From: Escherichia coli
Lineage (GTDB): Bacteria > Pseudomonadota > Gammaproteobacteria > Enterobacterales > Enterobacteriaceae
Length of the DNA: 64,000 nucleotides
Direction: 5' to 3' (one strand)
Assembly (NCBI RefSeq): GCF_003334815.1
Contig: NZ_QOWO01000011.1
Part shown: one piece after another, positions 12,198 through 22,723 of the stretch
Layout of the letters: every line of letters begins with the position of its first letter
Position numbering within the stretch: position 1 is the stretch's first letter
The notes under the pieces: generated by a model
What the model was told of the DNA's origin: nothing
Databases searched by the model: none
What the model saw: the letters and a program-made list of their open reading frames with translations, nothing else
Made by a program: the position numbers and the translations under genes

Positions 12198-12316
12198 TGG
12201 AAATTTCCCATTTAGTTTCATTTGGGCAGTTTATAAACAAACGCGCGGTAGTATAAAGGCAAGCCAGACGCATTGATATACCCGTCAGAGTGACGGGTGA
12301 TAAGGAGATCATCACA

Positions 12317-13096
12317 ATGGCATTTAAGATCTGGCAAATTGGTTTGCATTTACAACAGCAAGAAGCGGTAGCGGTTGCGATCGTGCGGGGCGCAAAAGAA
12401 TGCTTTTTGCAACGCTGGTGGCGGTTGCCGCTGGAGAACGACATTATCAAAGATGGGCGGATTGTTGATGCGCAGCAGCTGGCTAAAACGTTGTTACCGT
12501 GGAGTCGCGAACTGCCGCAGCGTCATCACATTATGTTGGCGTTTCCCGCCAGTCGCACATTACAGCGGTCATTTCCGCGCCCGTCGATGTCCCTTGGTGA
12601 GCGGGAGCAAACGGCCTGGCTGTCAGGGACGATGGCCCGCGAGCTGGATATGGATCCGGACTCCCTGCGCTTCGATTACAGCGAAGACTCACTCAGTCCC
12701 GCCTATAACGTGACTGCCGCGCAAAGCAAAGAGCTGGCAACGCTGCTTACTCTGGCAGAAAGGTTGCGTGTTCATGTGAGCGCGATCACCCCGGATGCCA
12801 GTGCATTACAGCGATTCCTGCCTTTTTTACCTTCTCATCAGCAATGTCTGGCCTGGCGTGATAACGAACAGTGGCTGTGGGCGACGCGCTATAGCTGGGG
12901 GCGCAAACTGGCGGTGGGGATGACTAGCGCGAAGGAGCTGGCGGCAGCGTTATCCGTTGATCCCGAAAGCGTCGCGATATGTGGCGAAGGCGGATTTGAT
13001 CCCTGGGAGGCCGTTTCTGTTCGTCAGCCGCCGCTACCGCCGCCAGGTGGAGACTTTGCCATCGCGCTGGGGCTGGCGCTTGGGAAGGCGTACTGA
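12317..13096 (+). CDS. hofM: PilM-like actin-fold protein of the cryptic type IV pilus / DNA-uptake system, 259 aa.
   Basis: Recognised sequence. The ATG at 12317 is preceded by AAGGAGA; the track ORF is extended upstream. Confidence 0.85.
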   Translation: MAFKIWQIGLHLQQQEAVAVAIVRGAKECFLQRWWRLPLENDIIKDGRIVDAQQLAKTLLPWSRELPQRHHIMLAFPASRTLQRSFPRPSMSLGEREQTAWLSGTMARELDMDPDSLRFDYSEDSLSPAYNVTAAQSKELATLLTLAERLRVHVSAITPDASALQRFLPFLPSHQQCLAWRDNEQWLWATRYSWGRKLAVGMTSAKELAAALSVDPESVAICGEGGFDPWEAVSVRQPPLPPPGGDFAIALGLALGKAY

Positions 13097-13635
13097 TGAA
13101 CCCGCCAATTAATTTTTTGCCCTGGCGACAGCAACGCCGGACCGCTTTTCTGCGTTTCTGGTTGCTGATGTTCGTTGCGCCTCTGCTGCTGGCCGTCGGG
13201 ATAACGCTAATACTGCGTCTGACAGGCAGCGCCGAAGCGCGCATAGACGCAGTTTTGCTTCAGGCGGAACAACAACTCGCCCGCAGCTTACAGATAACGA
13301 AGCCACGTTTGCTGGAGCAACAGCAGTTACGCGAACAGCGTTCGCAACGGCAGCGCCAGCGACAATTTACCCGCGACTGGCAATCTGCGCTGGAAGCACT
13401 GGCGGCGCTTTTACCCGAGCACGCCTGGCTGACAACGATAAGCTGGCAGCAGGGAACGCTGGAGATCAAGGGGCTGACAACAAGCATTACCGCGTTAAAC
13501 GCACTAGAAACGTCACTCCGCCAGGATGCATCTTTTCATCTCAATCAGCGGGGAGCCACGCAGCAGGATGCGCAGGGACGCTGGCAATTTGAGTATCAGT
13601 TAACAAGGAAGGTTAGCGATGAACATGTTCTTTGA
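13096..13635 (+). CDS. hofN: PilN-like bitopic membrane protein, 179 aa.
   Basis: Single N-terminal TM helix followed by a coiled-coil. Its start shares 1 nt with the hofM stop (TGATG). Confidence 0.85.
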   Translation: MNPPINFLPWRQQRRTAFLRFWLLMFVAPLLLAVGITLILRLTGSAEARIDAVLLQAEQQLARSLQITKPRLLEQQQLREQRSQRQRQRQFTRDWQSALEALAALLPEHAWLTTISWQQGTLEIKGLTTSITALNALETSLRQDASFHLNQRGATQQDAQGRWQFEYQLTRKVSDEHVL

Positions 13636-14059
13636 CTGGTGGTTCGCCACATCACCCCGCCTCCGCCAGCTTTGCTGGGCATTCTGGTTGCTGATGTTAG
13701 TTACGCTCATTTTTCTGTCATCGACACACCATGAAGAGCGCGACGCATTAATTCGACTACGGGCAAGTCATCACCAGCAGTGGGCCGCACTGTATCGCCT
13801 GGTAGACACCACTCCCTTCAGCGAGGAAAAAACGCTGCCCTTTTCGCCACTGGATTTTCAGTTATCCGGCGCGCAACTGGTTTCCTGGCATCCATCCGCG
13901 CAGGGAGGCGAGTTGGCGTTGAAAACGCTGTGGGAAGCAGTGCCGTCGGCATTTACACGGCTGGCAGAGCGCAACGTCAGCGTGAGCCGTTTTTCGTTAA
14001 GCGTGGAAGGTGATGATCTTTTGTTCACGCTACAACTGGAGACGCCGCATGAGGGTTAA
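13619..14059 (+). CDS. hofO: PilO-like protein, 146 aa.
   Basis: Position, length and an N-terminal TM segment; it overlaps hofN by 17 nt. Confidence 0.8.
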   Translation: MNMFFDWWFATSPRLRQLCWAFWLLMLVTLIFLSSTHHEERDALIRLRASHHQQWAALYRLVDTTPFSEEKTLPFSPLDFQLSGAQLVSWHPSAQGGELALKTLWEAVPSAFTRLAERNVSVSRFSLSVEGDDLLFTLQLETPHEG

Positions 14060-14453
14060 ACGCTGGTTGTTGGCAGGTATTGCATTGTGCCTTTTAACCG
14101 GTATGCGTGACCCTTTTAAACCGCCGGAAGATCTATGCCGGATTAGCGAACTTAGCCAGTGGCGCTATCAGGGGATGGTAGGGCGAGGCGAGCGCATCAT
14201 CGGTGTAATAAAAGACGGGCAAAAGAAATGGCGACGGGTGCAGCAAAACGATGTGCTGGAAAACGGCTGGACAATTTTACAGCTGACGCCAGACGTACTA
14301 ACGCTGGGTACCGGGACAAACTGCGAACCGCCACAATGGTTGTGGCAACGGCAAGGAGATACAAATGAAGCAATGGATAGCCGCACTACTGTTGATGCTG
14401 ATACCCGGCGTACAGGCGGCAAAGCCGCAAAAAGTGACGCTGATGGTGGATGA
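14049..14453 (+). CDS. hofP: PilP-like lipoprotein-type protein, 134 aa.
   Basis: The ATG at 14049 is preceded by GGAG and has a signal-like N-terminus; it overlaps hofO by 11 nt and hofQ by 89 nt. Confidence 0.75.
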   Translation: MRVKRWLLAGIALCLLTGMRDPFKPPEDLCRISELSQWRYQGMVGRGERIIGVIKDGQKKWRRVQQNDVLENGWTILQLTPDVLTLGTGTNCEPPQWLWQRQGDTNEAMDSRTTVDADTRRTGGKAAKSDADGG

Positions 14454-15603
14454 CGTTCCGGTAGCTCAGGTGTTGCAGGCGCTGGCTGAACAGGAGAAGT
14501 TGAACCTGGTCGTGTCGCCAGACGTCAGCGGTACGGTGTCGTTACATCTAACAGATGTTCCCTGGAAGCAGGCACTACAAACTGTAGTGAAAAGCGCCGG
14601 ACTGATAACGCGGCAGGAAGGCAACATTCTCTCAGTGCATTCCATTGCCTGGCAGAATAACAATATCGCCCGCCAGGAGGCGGAGCAGGCGCGGGCGCAG
14701 GCAAATCTGCCGCTGGAAAATCGCAGTATAACCCTGCAATACGCCGACGCGGGAGAACTGGCGAAAGCGGGGGAGAAGCTACTGAGTGCCAAAGGGAGTA
14801 TGACCGTCGATAAACGCACCAATCGCCTTTTGCTACGAGATAACAAAACGGCGTTAAGCGCGCTTGAACAGTGGGTAGCGCAAATGGATCTGCCGGTCGG
14901 GCAGGTTGAGCTGTCGGCGCATATTGTCACCATTAATGAAAAAAGTTTGCGTGAGTTAGGCGTGAAATGGACGCTGGCCGATGCGCAACACGCTGGTGGC
15001 GTTGGGCAAGTCACCACGCTTGGTAGCGACCTCTCCGTAGCGACGGCGACAACGCATGTCGGTTTTAACATTGGGCGCATCAACGGACGCTTGCTGGATC
15101 TTGAGCTTTCCGCGCTCGAACAAAAACAGCAGCTGGATATTATCGCCAGTCCGCGTCTGCTGGCCTCACATCTTCAGCCTGCCAGCATTAAACAGGGGAG
15201 CGAAATTCCATATCAGGTTTCCAGCGGGGAAAGTGGCGCGACGTCGGTGGAATTTAAAGAGGCCGTCCTGGGGATGGAGGTCACGCCCACGGTGTTACAA
15301 AAAGGTCGCATCCGGCTGAAATTACACATCAGCCAGAACGTTCCGGGGCAGGTGCTACAGCAGGCCGATGGCGAAGTGCTGGCGATTGATAAGCAGGAGA
15401 TCGAAACGCAGGTCGAGGTCAAAAGCGGAGAAACGTTGGCGCTGGGCGGCATTTTTACCCGTAAAAATAAATCGGGTCAGGATAGCGTACCGTTGCTTGG
15501 CGACATTCCCTGGTTCGGGCAATTATTTCGTCATGACGGAAAAGAAGATGAACGACGCGAGTTAGTGGTGTTTATCACGCCACGACTGGTTTCCAGTGAG
15601 TAA
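14365..15603 (+). CDS. hofQ: Outer-membrane secretin of the cryptic DNA-uptake / type IV pilus system, 412 aa.
   Basis: Signal peptide MKQWIAALLLMLIPGVQA and a C-terminal secretin domain (GETLALGGIFTRKNKSGQDSVPLLGDIPWFGQLF). Confidence 0.9.
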   Translation: MKQWIAALLLMLIPGVQAAKPQKVTLMVDDVPVAQVLQALAEQEKLNLVVSPDVSGTVSLHLTDVPWKQALQTVVKSAGLITRQEGNILSVHSIAWQNNNIARQEAEQARAQANLPLENRSITLQYADAGELAKAGEKLLSAKGSMTVDKRTNRLLLRDNKTALSALEQWVAQMDLPVGQVELSAHIVTINEKSLRELGVKWTLADAQHAGGVGQVTTLGSDLSVATATTHVGFNIGRINGRLLDLELSALEQKQQLDIIASPRLLASHLQPASIKQGSEIPYQVSSGESGATSVEFKEAVLGMEVTPTVLQKGRIRLKLHISQNVPGQVLQQADGEVLAIDKQEIETQVEVKSGETLALGGIFTRKNKSGQDSVPLLGDIPWFGQLFRHDGKEDERRELVVFITPRLVSSE

Positions 15604-16003
15604 ACAGCCGTAAAAGCGGTAATGTTTTTACGCTGAACGTGTTTCATCTATTTGACGCGCGCAGGTATTTAGCATACAAGGAGTACCGATTTGAGAGTTG
15701 GTGCTCTTCGCTGCCTGCGTTCCATGATGATGATTTATCATTCAGGCGGCATTTTGCTGTCTTTTTTACGCTAATCTTACCCGGTGATTTATCGCCAGAG
15801 CGGTGGTAGCAAGGCAGCGCGCTTGCAGCGACCAGATATGCAGAGGGATGGGTGATTTATTCAGTTGCCAAACCCGCTGGAGTATTGAGATAATTTTCAG
15901 TCTGACTCTCGCAATATCTTATGAGGTTTCAGTTCATGTCCTGCGGCGCTCTCTGAGCGAAGCGGGTTTATCATTAACGAATAGTCTTAGTAGTACCGAA
16001 AAA

Positions 16004-16525
16004 ATGGCAGAGAAACGCAATATCTTTCTGGTTGGGCCTATGGGTGCCGGAAAAAGCACTATTGGGCGCCAGTTAGCTCAACAACTCAATATGGAATTTT
16101 ACGATTCCGATCAAGAGATTGAGAAGCGAACCGGAGCTGATGTGGGCTGGGTTTTCGATTTAGAAGGCGAAGAAGGCTTCCGCGATCGCGAAGAAAAGGT
16201 CATCAATGAGTTGACCGAGAAACAGGGTATTGTGCTGGCTACTGGCGGCGGCTCTGTGAAATCCCGTGAAACGCGTAACCGTCTTTCCGCTCGTGGCGTT
16301 GTCGTTTATCTTGAAACGACCATCGAAAAGCAACTTGCACGCACGCAGCGTGATAAAAAACGCCCGTTGCTGCACGTTGAAACACCGCCGCGTGAAGTTC
16401 TGGAAGCGTTGGCCAATGAACGCAATCCGCTGTATGAAGAGATTGCCGACGTGACCATTCGTACTGATGATCAAAGCGCTAAAGTGGTTGCAAACCAGAT
16501 TATTCACATGCTGGAAAGCAACTAA
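16004..16525 (+). CDS. aroK: Shikimate kinase I, 173 aa.
   Basis: [19 protein letters not shown] with a Walker A motif. The track ORF has a long upstream extension through the promoter region. Confidence 0.95.
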   Translation: MAEKRNIFLVGPMGAGKSTIGRQLAQQLNMEFYDSDQEIEKRTGADVGWVFDLEGEEGFRDREEKVINELTEKQGIVLATGGGSVKSRETRNRLSARGVVVYLETTIEKQLARTQRDKKRPLLHVETPPREVLEALANERNPLYEEIADVTIRTDDQSAKVVANQIIHMLESN

Positions 16526-16581
16526 TTCTGGCTTTATATACACTCGTCTGCGGGTACAGTAATTAAGGTGGATGTCGCGTT

Positions 16582-17670
16582 ATGGAGAGGATTGTCGTTA
16601 CTCTCGGGGAACGTAGTTACCCAATTACCATCGCATCTGGTTTGTTTAATGAACCAGCTTCATTCTTACCGCTGAAATCGGGCGAGCAGGTCATGTTGGT
16701 CACCAACGAAACCCTGGCTCCTCTGTATCTCGATAAGGTCCGCGGCGTACTTGAACAGGCGGGTGTTAACGTCGATAGCGTTATCCTCCCTGACGGCGAG
16801 CAGTATAAAAGCCTGGCTGTACTCGATACCGTCTTTACGGCGTTGTTACAAAAACCGCATGGTCGCGATACTACGCTGGTGGCGCTTGGCGGCGGCGTAG
16901 TGGGCGATCTGACCGGCTTCGCGGCGGCGAGTTATCAGCGCGGTGTCCGTTTCATTCAAGTCCCGACGACGTTACTGTCGCAGGTCGATTCCTCCGTTGG
17001 CGGCAAAACTGCGGTCAACCATCCCCTCGGTAAAAACATGATTGGCGCGTTCTACCAACCTGCTTCAGTGGTGGTGGATCTCGACTGTCTGAAAACGCTT
17101 CCCCCGCGTGAGTTAGCGTCGGGGCTGGCAGAAGTCATCAAATACGGCATTATTCTTGACGGTGCGTTTTTTAACTGGCTGGAAGAGAATCTGGATGCGT
17201 TGTTGCGTCTGGACGGTCCGGCAATGGCGTACTGTATTCGCCGTTGTTGTGAACTGAAGGCAGAAGTTGTCGCCGCCGACGAGCGCGAAACCGGGTTACG
17301 TGCTTTACTGAATCTGGGACACACCTTTGGTCATGCCATTGAAGCTGAAATGGGGTATGGCAATTGGTTACATGGTGAAGCGGTCGCTGCGGGTATGGTG
17401 ATGGCGGCGCGGACGTCGGAACGTCTCGGGCAGTTTAGTTCTGCCGAAACGCAGCGTATTATAACCCTGCTCAAGCGGGCTGGGTTACCGGTCAATGGGC
17501 CGCGCGAAATGTCCGCGCAGGCGTATTTACCGCATATGCTGCGTGACAAGAAAGTCCTTGCGGGAGAGATGCGCTTAATTCTTCCGTTGGCAATTGGTAA
17601 GAGTGAAGTTCGCAGCGGCGTTTCGCACGAGCTTGTTCTTAACGCCATTGCCGATTGTCAATCAGCGTAA
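16582..17670 (+). CDS. aroB: 3-dehydroquinate synthase, 362 aa.
   Basis: Recognised sequence with NAD-binding [13 protein letters not shown]. Confidence 0.95.
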
Positions 17671-17761
17671 CAACAAGAAAGGTCAGGCCGCTTATCAAGC
17701 CGTCTATTAGCTTCAGGTTAATTGCAACGTGGTAAGCATTAACCTTTTAGTGGGGTGTTAA

Positions 17762-19048
17762 ATGGATGAATTCAAACCAGAAGACGAGCTGAAACCCGAT
17801 CCCAGCGATCGTCGTACTGGTCGTTCTCGTCAATCTTCTGAACGTTCTGAGCGTACTGAACGTGGCGAACCGCAGATCAATTTTGATGATATTGAACTTG
17901 ATGACACTGACGATCGCCGTCCGACTCGTGCGCAAAAAGAGCGCAATGAGGAACCGGAAATCGAAGAAGAAATTGACGAATCCGAAGATGAAACCGTGGA
18001 TGAAGAGCGCGTAGAGCGTCGTCCGCGTAAGCGCAAAAAAGCAGCCAGTAAACCCGCTTCTCGTCAGTATATGATGATGGGCGTCGGCATTCTGGTTCTA
18101 CTGCTGTTGATCATCGGTATCGGTTCTGCGCTAAAAGCCCCCTCGACCACTTCCAGCGATCAAACCGCGTCTGGCGAGAAGAGTATTGATCTTGCTGGCA
18201 ATGCGACCGATCAGGCGAATGGCGTGCAGCCAGCGCCGGGAACCACGTCTGCGGAAAATACTCAGCAGGATGTTTCTCTGCCACCGATCTCTTCTACGCC
18301 GACTCAAGGGCAAACCCCGGTGGCAACGGATGGTCAACAACGTGTTGAAGTGCAGGGTGACCTGAACAATGCGCTGACCCAGCCACAAAATCAGCAACAG
18401 CTGAACAATGTGGCGGTCAATTCCACGTTGCCGACTGAACCCGCAACGGTTGCGCCTGTTCGCAATGGCAATGCATCGCGTGACACGGCGAAAACGCAAA
18501 CCGCTGAACGTCCGTCCACTACGCGCCCAGCTCGTCAGCAGGCGGTGATTGAACCGAAAAAACCGCAAGCAACCGTGAAAACGGAGCCGAAGCCGGTAGC
18601 ACAGACGCCGAAGCGTACTGAACCAGCTGCCCCTGTGGCGAGCACGAAGGCACCGGCTGCGACTTCTACGCCAGCACCAAAAGAGACGGCGACTACGGCT
18701 CCAGTACAGACGGCATCCCCGGCGCAAACCACGGCAACACCCGCTGCTGGGGCGAAGACCGCAGGTAATGTTGGTTCGTTGAAATCGGCACCGTCCAGCC
18801 ATTACACTCTGCAGCTGAGCAGTTCCTCTAACTACGACAACCTGAACGGTTGGGCGAAGAAAGAGAATCTGAAAAACTACGTTGTCTATGAAACGACGCG
18901 TAATGGTCAGCCGTGGTATGTCCTGGTTTCTGGCGTGTACGCTTCGAAAGAAGAGGCGAAAAAAGCGGTATCTACATTGCCAGCAGATGTCCAGGCCAAA
19001 AACCCGTGGGCGAAACCGCTGCGTCAGGTACAGGCCGATCTGAAGTAA
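17762..19048 (+). CDS. damX: Cell-division protein DamX, 428 aa. It has an acidic N-terminus, one TM helix, a Pro/Thr/Ala/Gln-rich linker and a C-terminal SPOR domain.
   Basis: Recognised sequence and domain layout. Confidence 0.9.
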
Positions 19049-19154
19049 TCAAGGTTATCTCCCGCAATGGTTTATCGTTGCGGGAGTTGCCTGAAGCGCT
19101 GGATGCTGTCGGAGCTTTCTCCACAGCCGGAGAAGGTGTAATTAGTTAGTCAGC

Positions 19155-19991
19155 ATGAAGAAAAATCGCGCTTTTTTGAAGTGGGCAGGGGGCAAGTATC
19201 CCCTGCTTGATGATATTAAACGGCATTTGCCCAAGGGCGAATGTCTGGTTGAGCCTTTTGTAGGTGCCGGGTCGGTGTTTCTCAACACCGACTTTTCTCG
19301 TTATATCCTTGCCGATATCAATAGCGACCTGATCAGTCTCTATAACATTGTGAAGATGCGTACTGATGAGTACGTACAGGCCGCACGCGAGCTGTTTGTT
19401 CCCGAAACAAATTGCGCCGAGGTTTACTATCAGTTCCGCGAAGAGTTCAACAAAAGCCAGGATCCGTTCCGTCGGGCGGTACTGTTTTTATATTTGAACC
19501 GCTACGGTTACAACGGCCTGTGTCGTTACAATCTGCGCGGTGAGTTTAACGTGCCGTTCGGCCGCTACAAAAAACCCTATTTCCCGGAAGCAGAGTTGTA
19601 TCACTTCGCTGAAAAAGCGCAGAATGCCTTTTTCTATTGTGAGTCTTACGCCGATAGCATGGCGCGCGCAGATGATGCATCCGTCGTCTATTGCGATCCG
19701 CCTTATGCACCGCTGTCTGCGACCGCCAACTTTACGGCGTATCACACAAACAGTTTTACGCTTGAACAACAAGCGCATCTGGCGGAGATCGCCGAAGGTC
19801 TGGTTGAGCGCCATATTCCAGTGCTGATCTCCAATCACGATACGATGTTAACGCGTGAGTGGTATCAGCGCGCAAAATTGCATGTCGTCAAAGTTCGACG
19901 CAGTATAAGCAGCAACGGCGGCACACGTAAAAAGGTGGACGAACTGCTGGCTTTGTACAAACCAGGAGTCGTTTCACCCGCGAAAAAATAA
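19155..19991 (+). CDS. dam: DNA adenine methyltransferase (GATC), 278 aa.
   Basis: SAM-binding motif FVGAGSV and catalytic motif DPPY ([10 protein letters not shown]). Confidence 0.95.
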
Positions 19992-20008
19992 TTCTCAAGG
20001 AGAAGCGG

Positions 20009-20686
20009 ATGAAACAGTATTTGATTGCCCCCTCAATTCTGTCGGCTGATTTTGCCCGCCTGGGTGAAGATACCGCAAAAGCCCTGGCAGCTGGCGCTGA
20101 TGTCGTGCATTTTGACGTCATGGATAACCACTATGTTCCCAATCTGACGATTGGGCCAATGGTGCTGAAATCCTTGCGTAACTATGGCATTACCGCCCCT
20201 ATCGACGTACACCTGATGGTGAAACCCGTCGATCGCATTGTGCCTGATTTCGCTGCCGCTGGTGCCAGCATCATTACCTTTCATCCAGAAGCCTCCGAGC
20301 ATGTTGACCGCACGCTGCAACTGATTAAAGAAAATGGCTGTAAAGCGGGTCTGGTATTTAACCCGGCGACACCTCTGAGCTATCTGGATTACGTGATGGA
20401 TAAGCTGGATGTGATCCTGCTGATGTCCGTCAACCCTGGTTTCGGCGGTCAGTCTTTCATTCCTCAAACACTGGATAAACTGCGCGAAGTACGTCGCCGT
20501 ATCGACGAGTCTGGCTTTGACATTCGACTAGAAGTGGACGGTGGCGTGAAGGTGAACAACATTGGCGAAATCGCTGCGGCGGGCGCGGATATGTTCGTCG
20601 CCGGTTCGGCAATCTTCGACCAGCCAGACTACAAAAAAGTCATTGATGAAATGCGCAGTGAACTGGCAAAGGTAAGTCATGAATAA
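20009..20686 (+). CDS. rpe: Ribulose-5-phosphate 3-epimerase, 225 aa.
   Basis: Recognised sequence; it overlaps gph by 8 nt. Confidence 0.95.
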   Translation: MKQYLIAPSILSADFARLGEDTAKALAAGADVVHFDVMDNHYVPNLTIGPMVLKSLRNYGITAPIDVHLMVKPVDRIVPDFAAAGASIITFHPEASEHVDRTLQLIKENGCKAGLVFNPATPLSYLDYVMDKLDVILLMSVNPGFGGQSFIPQTLDKLREVRRRIDESGFDIRLEVDGGVKVNNIGEIAAAGADMFVAGSAIFDQPDYKKVIDEMRSELAKVSHE

Positions 20687-21437
20687 GTTTGAAGATATTC
20701 GCGGCGTCGCTTTTGATCTTGATGGTACGCTGGTCGACAGTGCTCCTGGTCTTGCTGCTGCGGTAGATATGGCGCTGTATGCGCTGGAGTTGCCCGTCGC
20801 AGGTGAAGAACGCGTTATTACCTGGATTGGTAACGGCGCAGATGTTCTGATGGAGCGCGCATTGACCTGGGCGCGTCAGGAACGTGCGACTCAGCGTAAA
20901 ACAATGGGTAAACCGCCCGTTGATGACGACATTCCGGCAGAAGAACAGGTACGTATTCTGCGTAAACTGTTCGATCGCTACTATGGCGAGGTTGCCGAAG
21001 AGGGGACGTTTTTGTTCCCGCACGTTGCCGATACGTTGGGCGCGTTGCAGGCTAAAGGCCTGCCGCTAGGCCTGGTCACCAACAAACCGACGCCGTTCGT
21101 CGCGCCGCTGCTCGAAGCCTTAGATATCGCCAAATACTTCAGCGTGGTGATTGGTGGTGATGATGTGCAAAACAAAAAACCGCATCCGGACCCGCTGTTA
21201 CTGGTGGCTGAGCGGATGGGAATTGCCCCACAACAGATGCTGTTTGTCGGCGACTCACGCAATGATATTCAGGCGGCAAAAGCGGCAGGTTGCCCATCAG
21301 TTGGCTTAACCTACGGATATAACTACGGCGAGGCTATCGATCTCAGCCAGCCTGATGTAATTTATCAGTCTATAAATGACCTTCTGCCCGCATTAGGGCT
21401 TCCGCATAGCGAAAATCAGGAATCGAAAAATGACTAA
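20679..21437 (+). CDS. gph: Phosphoglycolate phosphatase (HAD family), 252 aa.
   Basis: HAD motif [10 protein letters not shown]; it overlaps trpS by 8 nt. Confidence 0.95.
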
Positions 21438-22434
21438 GCCCATCGTTTTTAGTGGCGCACAGCCCTCAGGTGAATTGACCATTGGTAACTACATGGGTGC
21501 GCTGCGTCAGTGGGTAAACATGCAGGATGACTACCATTGCATTTACTGTATCGTTGACCAACACGCGATCACCGTGCGCCAGGATGCACAGAAGCTGCGT
21601 AAAGCGACGCTGGATACGCTGGCCTTGTATCTGGCTTGTGGTATCGATCCTGAGAAAAGCACCATTTTTGTTCAGTCCCACGTGCCGGAACATGCACAGT
21701 TAGGCTGGGCACTGAACTGCTATACCTACTTCGGCGAACTGAGTCGCATGACGCAGTTTAAAGATAAATCTGCGCGTTATGCCGAGAACATCAACGCTGG
21801 TCTGTTTGACTATCCGGTGCTGATGGCAGCGGACATCCTGCTGTATCAAACTAATCTGGTACCGGTGGGTGAAGACCAGAAACAGCACCTCGAACTGAGC
21901 CGCGATATTGCCCAGCGTTTCAACGCGCTGTATGGCGAGATCTTTAAGGTGCCGGAGCCGTTTATTCCGAAATCTGGCGCGCGCGTAATGTCGCTGCTGG
22001 AGCCGACCAAGAAGATGTCCAAGTCTGACGATAATCGCAATAACGTTATCGGCCTGCTGGAAGATCCGAAATCGGTAGTGAAGAAAATCAAACGTGCGGT
22101 CACTGACTCCGACGAGCCGCCGGTAGTTCGCTACGATGTGCAGAACAAAGCGGGCGTTTCCAACCTGTTGGATATCCTTTCAGCGGTAACGGGCCAGAGC
22201 ATCCCAGAACTGGAAAAACAGTTCGAAGGCAAGATGTATGGTCATCTGAAAGGTGAAGTGGCTGATGCCGTTTCCGGTATGCTGACTGAATTGCAGGAAC
22301 GCTATCACCGTTTCCGCAACGATGAAGCCTTCCTGCAACAGGTGATGAAAGATGGCGCGGAAAAAGCCAGCGCGCACGCTTCCCGTACGCTAAAAGCGGT
22401 GTACGAAGCGATTGGTTTTGTGGCGAAGCCGTAA
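21430..22434 (+). CDS. trpS: Tryptophanyl-tRNA synthetase, 334 aa.
   Basis: Class I aaRS with a KMSKS motif (KKMSKSD). Confidence 0.95.
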   Translation: MTKPIVFSGAQPSGELTIGNYMGALRQWVNMQDDYHCIYCIVDQHAITVRQDAQKLRKATLDTLALYLACGIDPEKSTIFVQSHVPEHAQLGWALNCYTYFGELSRMTQFKDKSARYAENINAGLFDYPVLMAADILLYQTNLVPVGEDQKQHLELSRDIAQRFNALYGEIFKVPEPFIPKSGARVMSLLEPTKKMSKSDDNRNNVIGLLEDPKSVVKKIKRAVTDSDEPPVVRYDVQNKAGVSNLLDILSAVTGQSIPELEKQFEGKMYGHLKGEVADAVSGMLTELQERYHRFRNDEAFLQQVMKDGAEKASAHASRTLKAVYEAIGFVAKP

Positions 22435-22467
22435 TTCACTATTGCTGGCAAATTGCGCTTTGTTCAT

Positions 22468-22557
22468 GCCGGATGCGGCGTGAACGCCTTATCCGGCCTA
22501 CAAAGTAATGCACATATTGCAAGGAAATGTAGGCCTGATAAGCGTAGCGCATCAGGC
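22468..22557. repeat. BIME: two REP elements in inverted orientation.
   Basis: GCCGGATGCGGCGTGAACGCCTTATCCGGCCTAC followed by GTAGGCCTGATAAGCGTAGCGCATCAGGC. Confidence 0.8.
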
Positions 22558-22582
22558 AATTTTGCTTTTATCATCACTCTGA

Positions 22583-22606
22583 AACCGGGGAAACCCGGTT
22601 TTTTTA
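22583..22606 (+). terminator. Intrinsic terminator at the end of the aroK...trpS transcription unit.
   Basis: AACCGGG-gaaa-CCCGGTT followed by TTTTT. Confidence 0.7.
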
Positions 22607-22723
22607 TCCTCATTTGCAATAATCCGAAAAAATGTGAAGTGCCTCGCCGTTTCCACATCTCGCTGTTGCGCCTTATCTTCAAATTCCTGAAGATATAAAT
22701 ATTCAATTTACTGAAAATTTATT

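Noticed and set aside
15606-15634. A possible terminator after hofQ.
   Set aside because: The stem (CGTAAAA/TTTTACG) is AU-rich with a 10-nt loop and is too weak to call. The aroK promoters lie further downstream.
15803-16003. An upstream extension of the aroK ORF (240 aa instead of 173 aa).
   Set aside because: The extension runs through the AT-rich promoter region. The ATG at 16004 directly precedes the Walker A motif and gives the conserved protein length.
18131-18802. A 223-aa Arg/Cys-rich ORF on the minus strand.
   Set aside because: It is antisense to the Pro/Thr/Ala-rich linker of damX; the compositional bias of that linker generates an open reverse frame.
22453-22706. Two overlapping 80-aa ORFs in the trpS-yhfZ spacer.
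   Set aside because: They are built from the REP/BIME palindromes and the terminator hairpin, have no ribosome-binding site, and the mirror-image ORFs on both strands are a hallmark of palindromic repeats.
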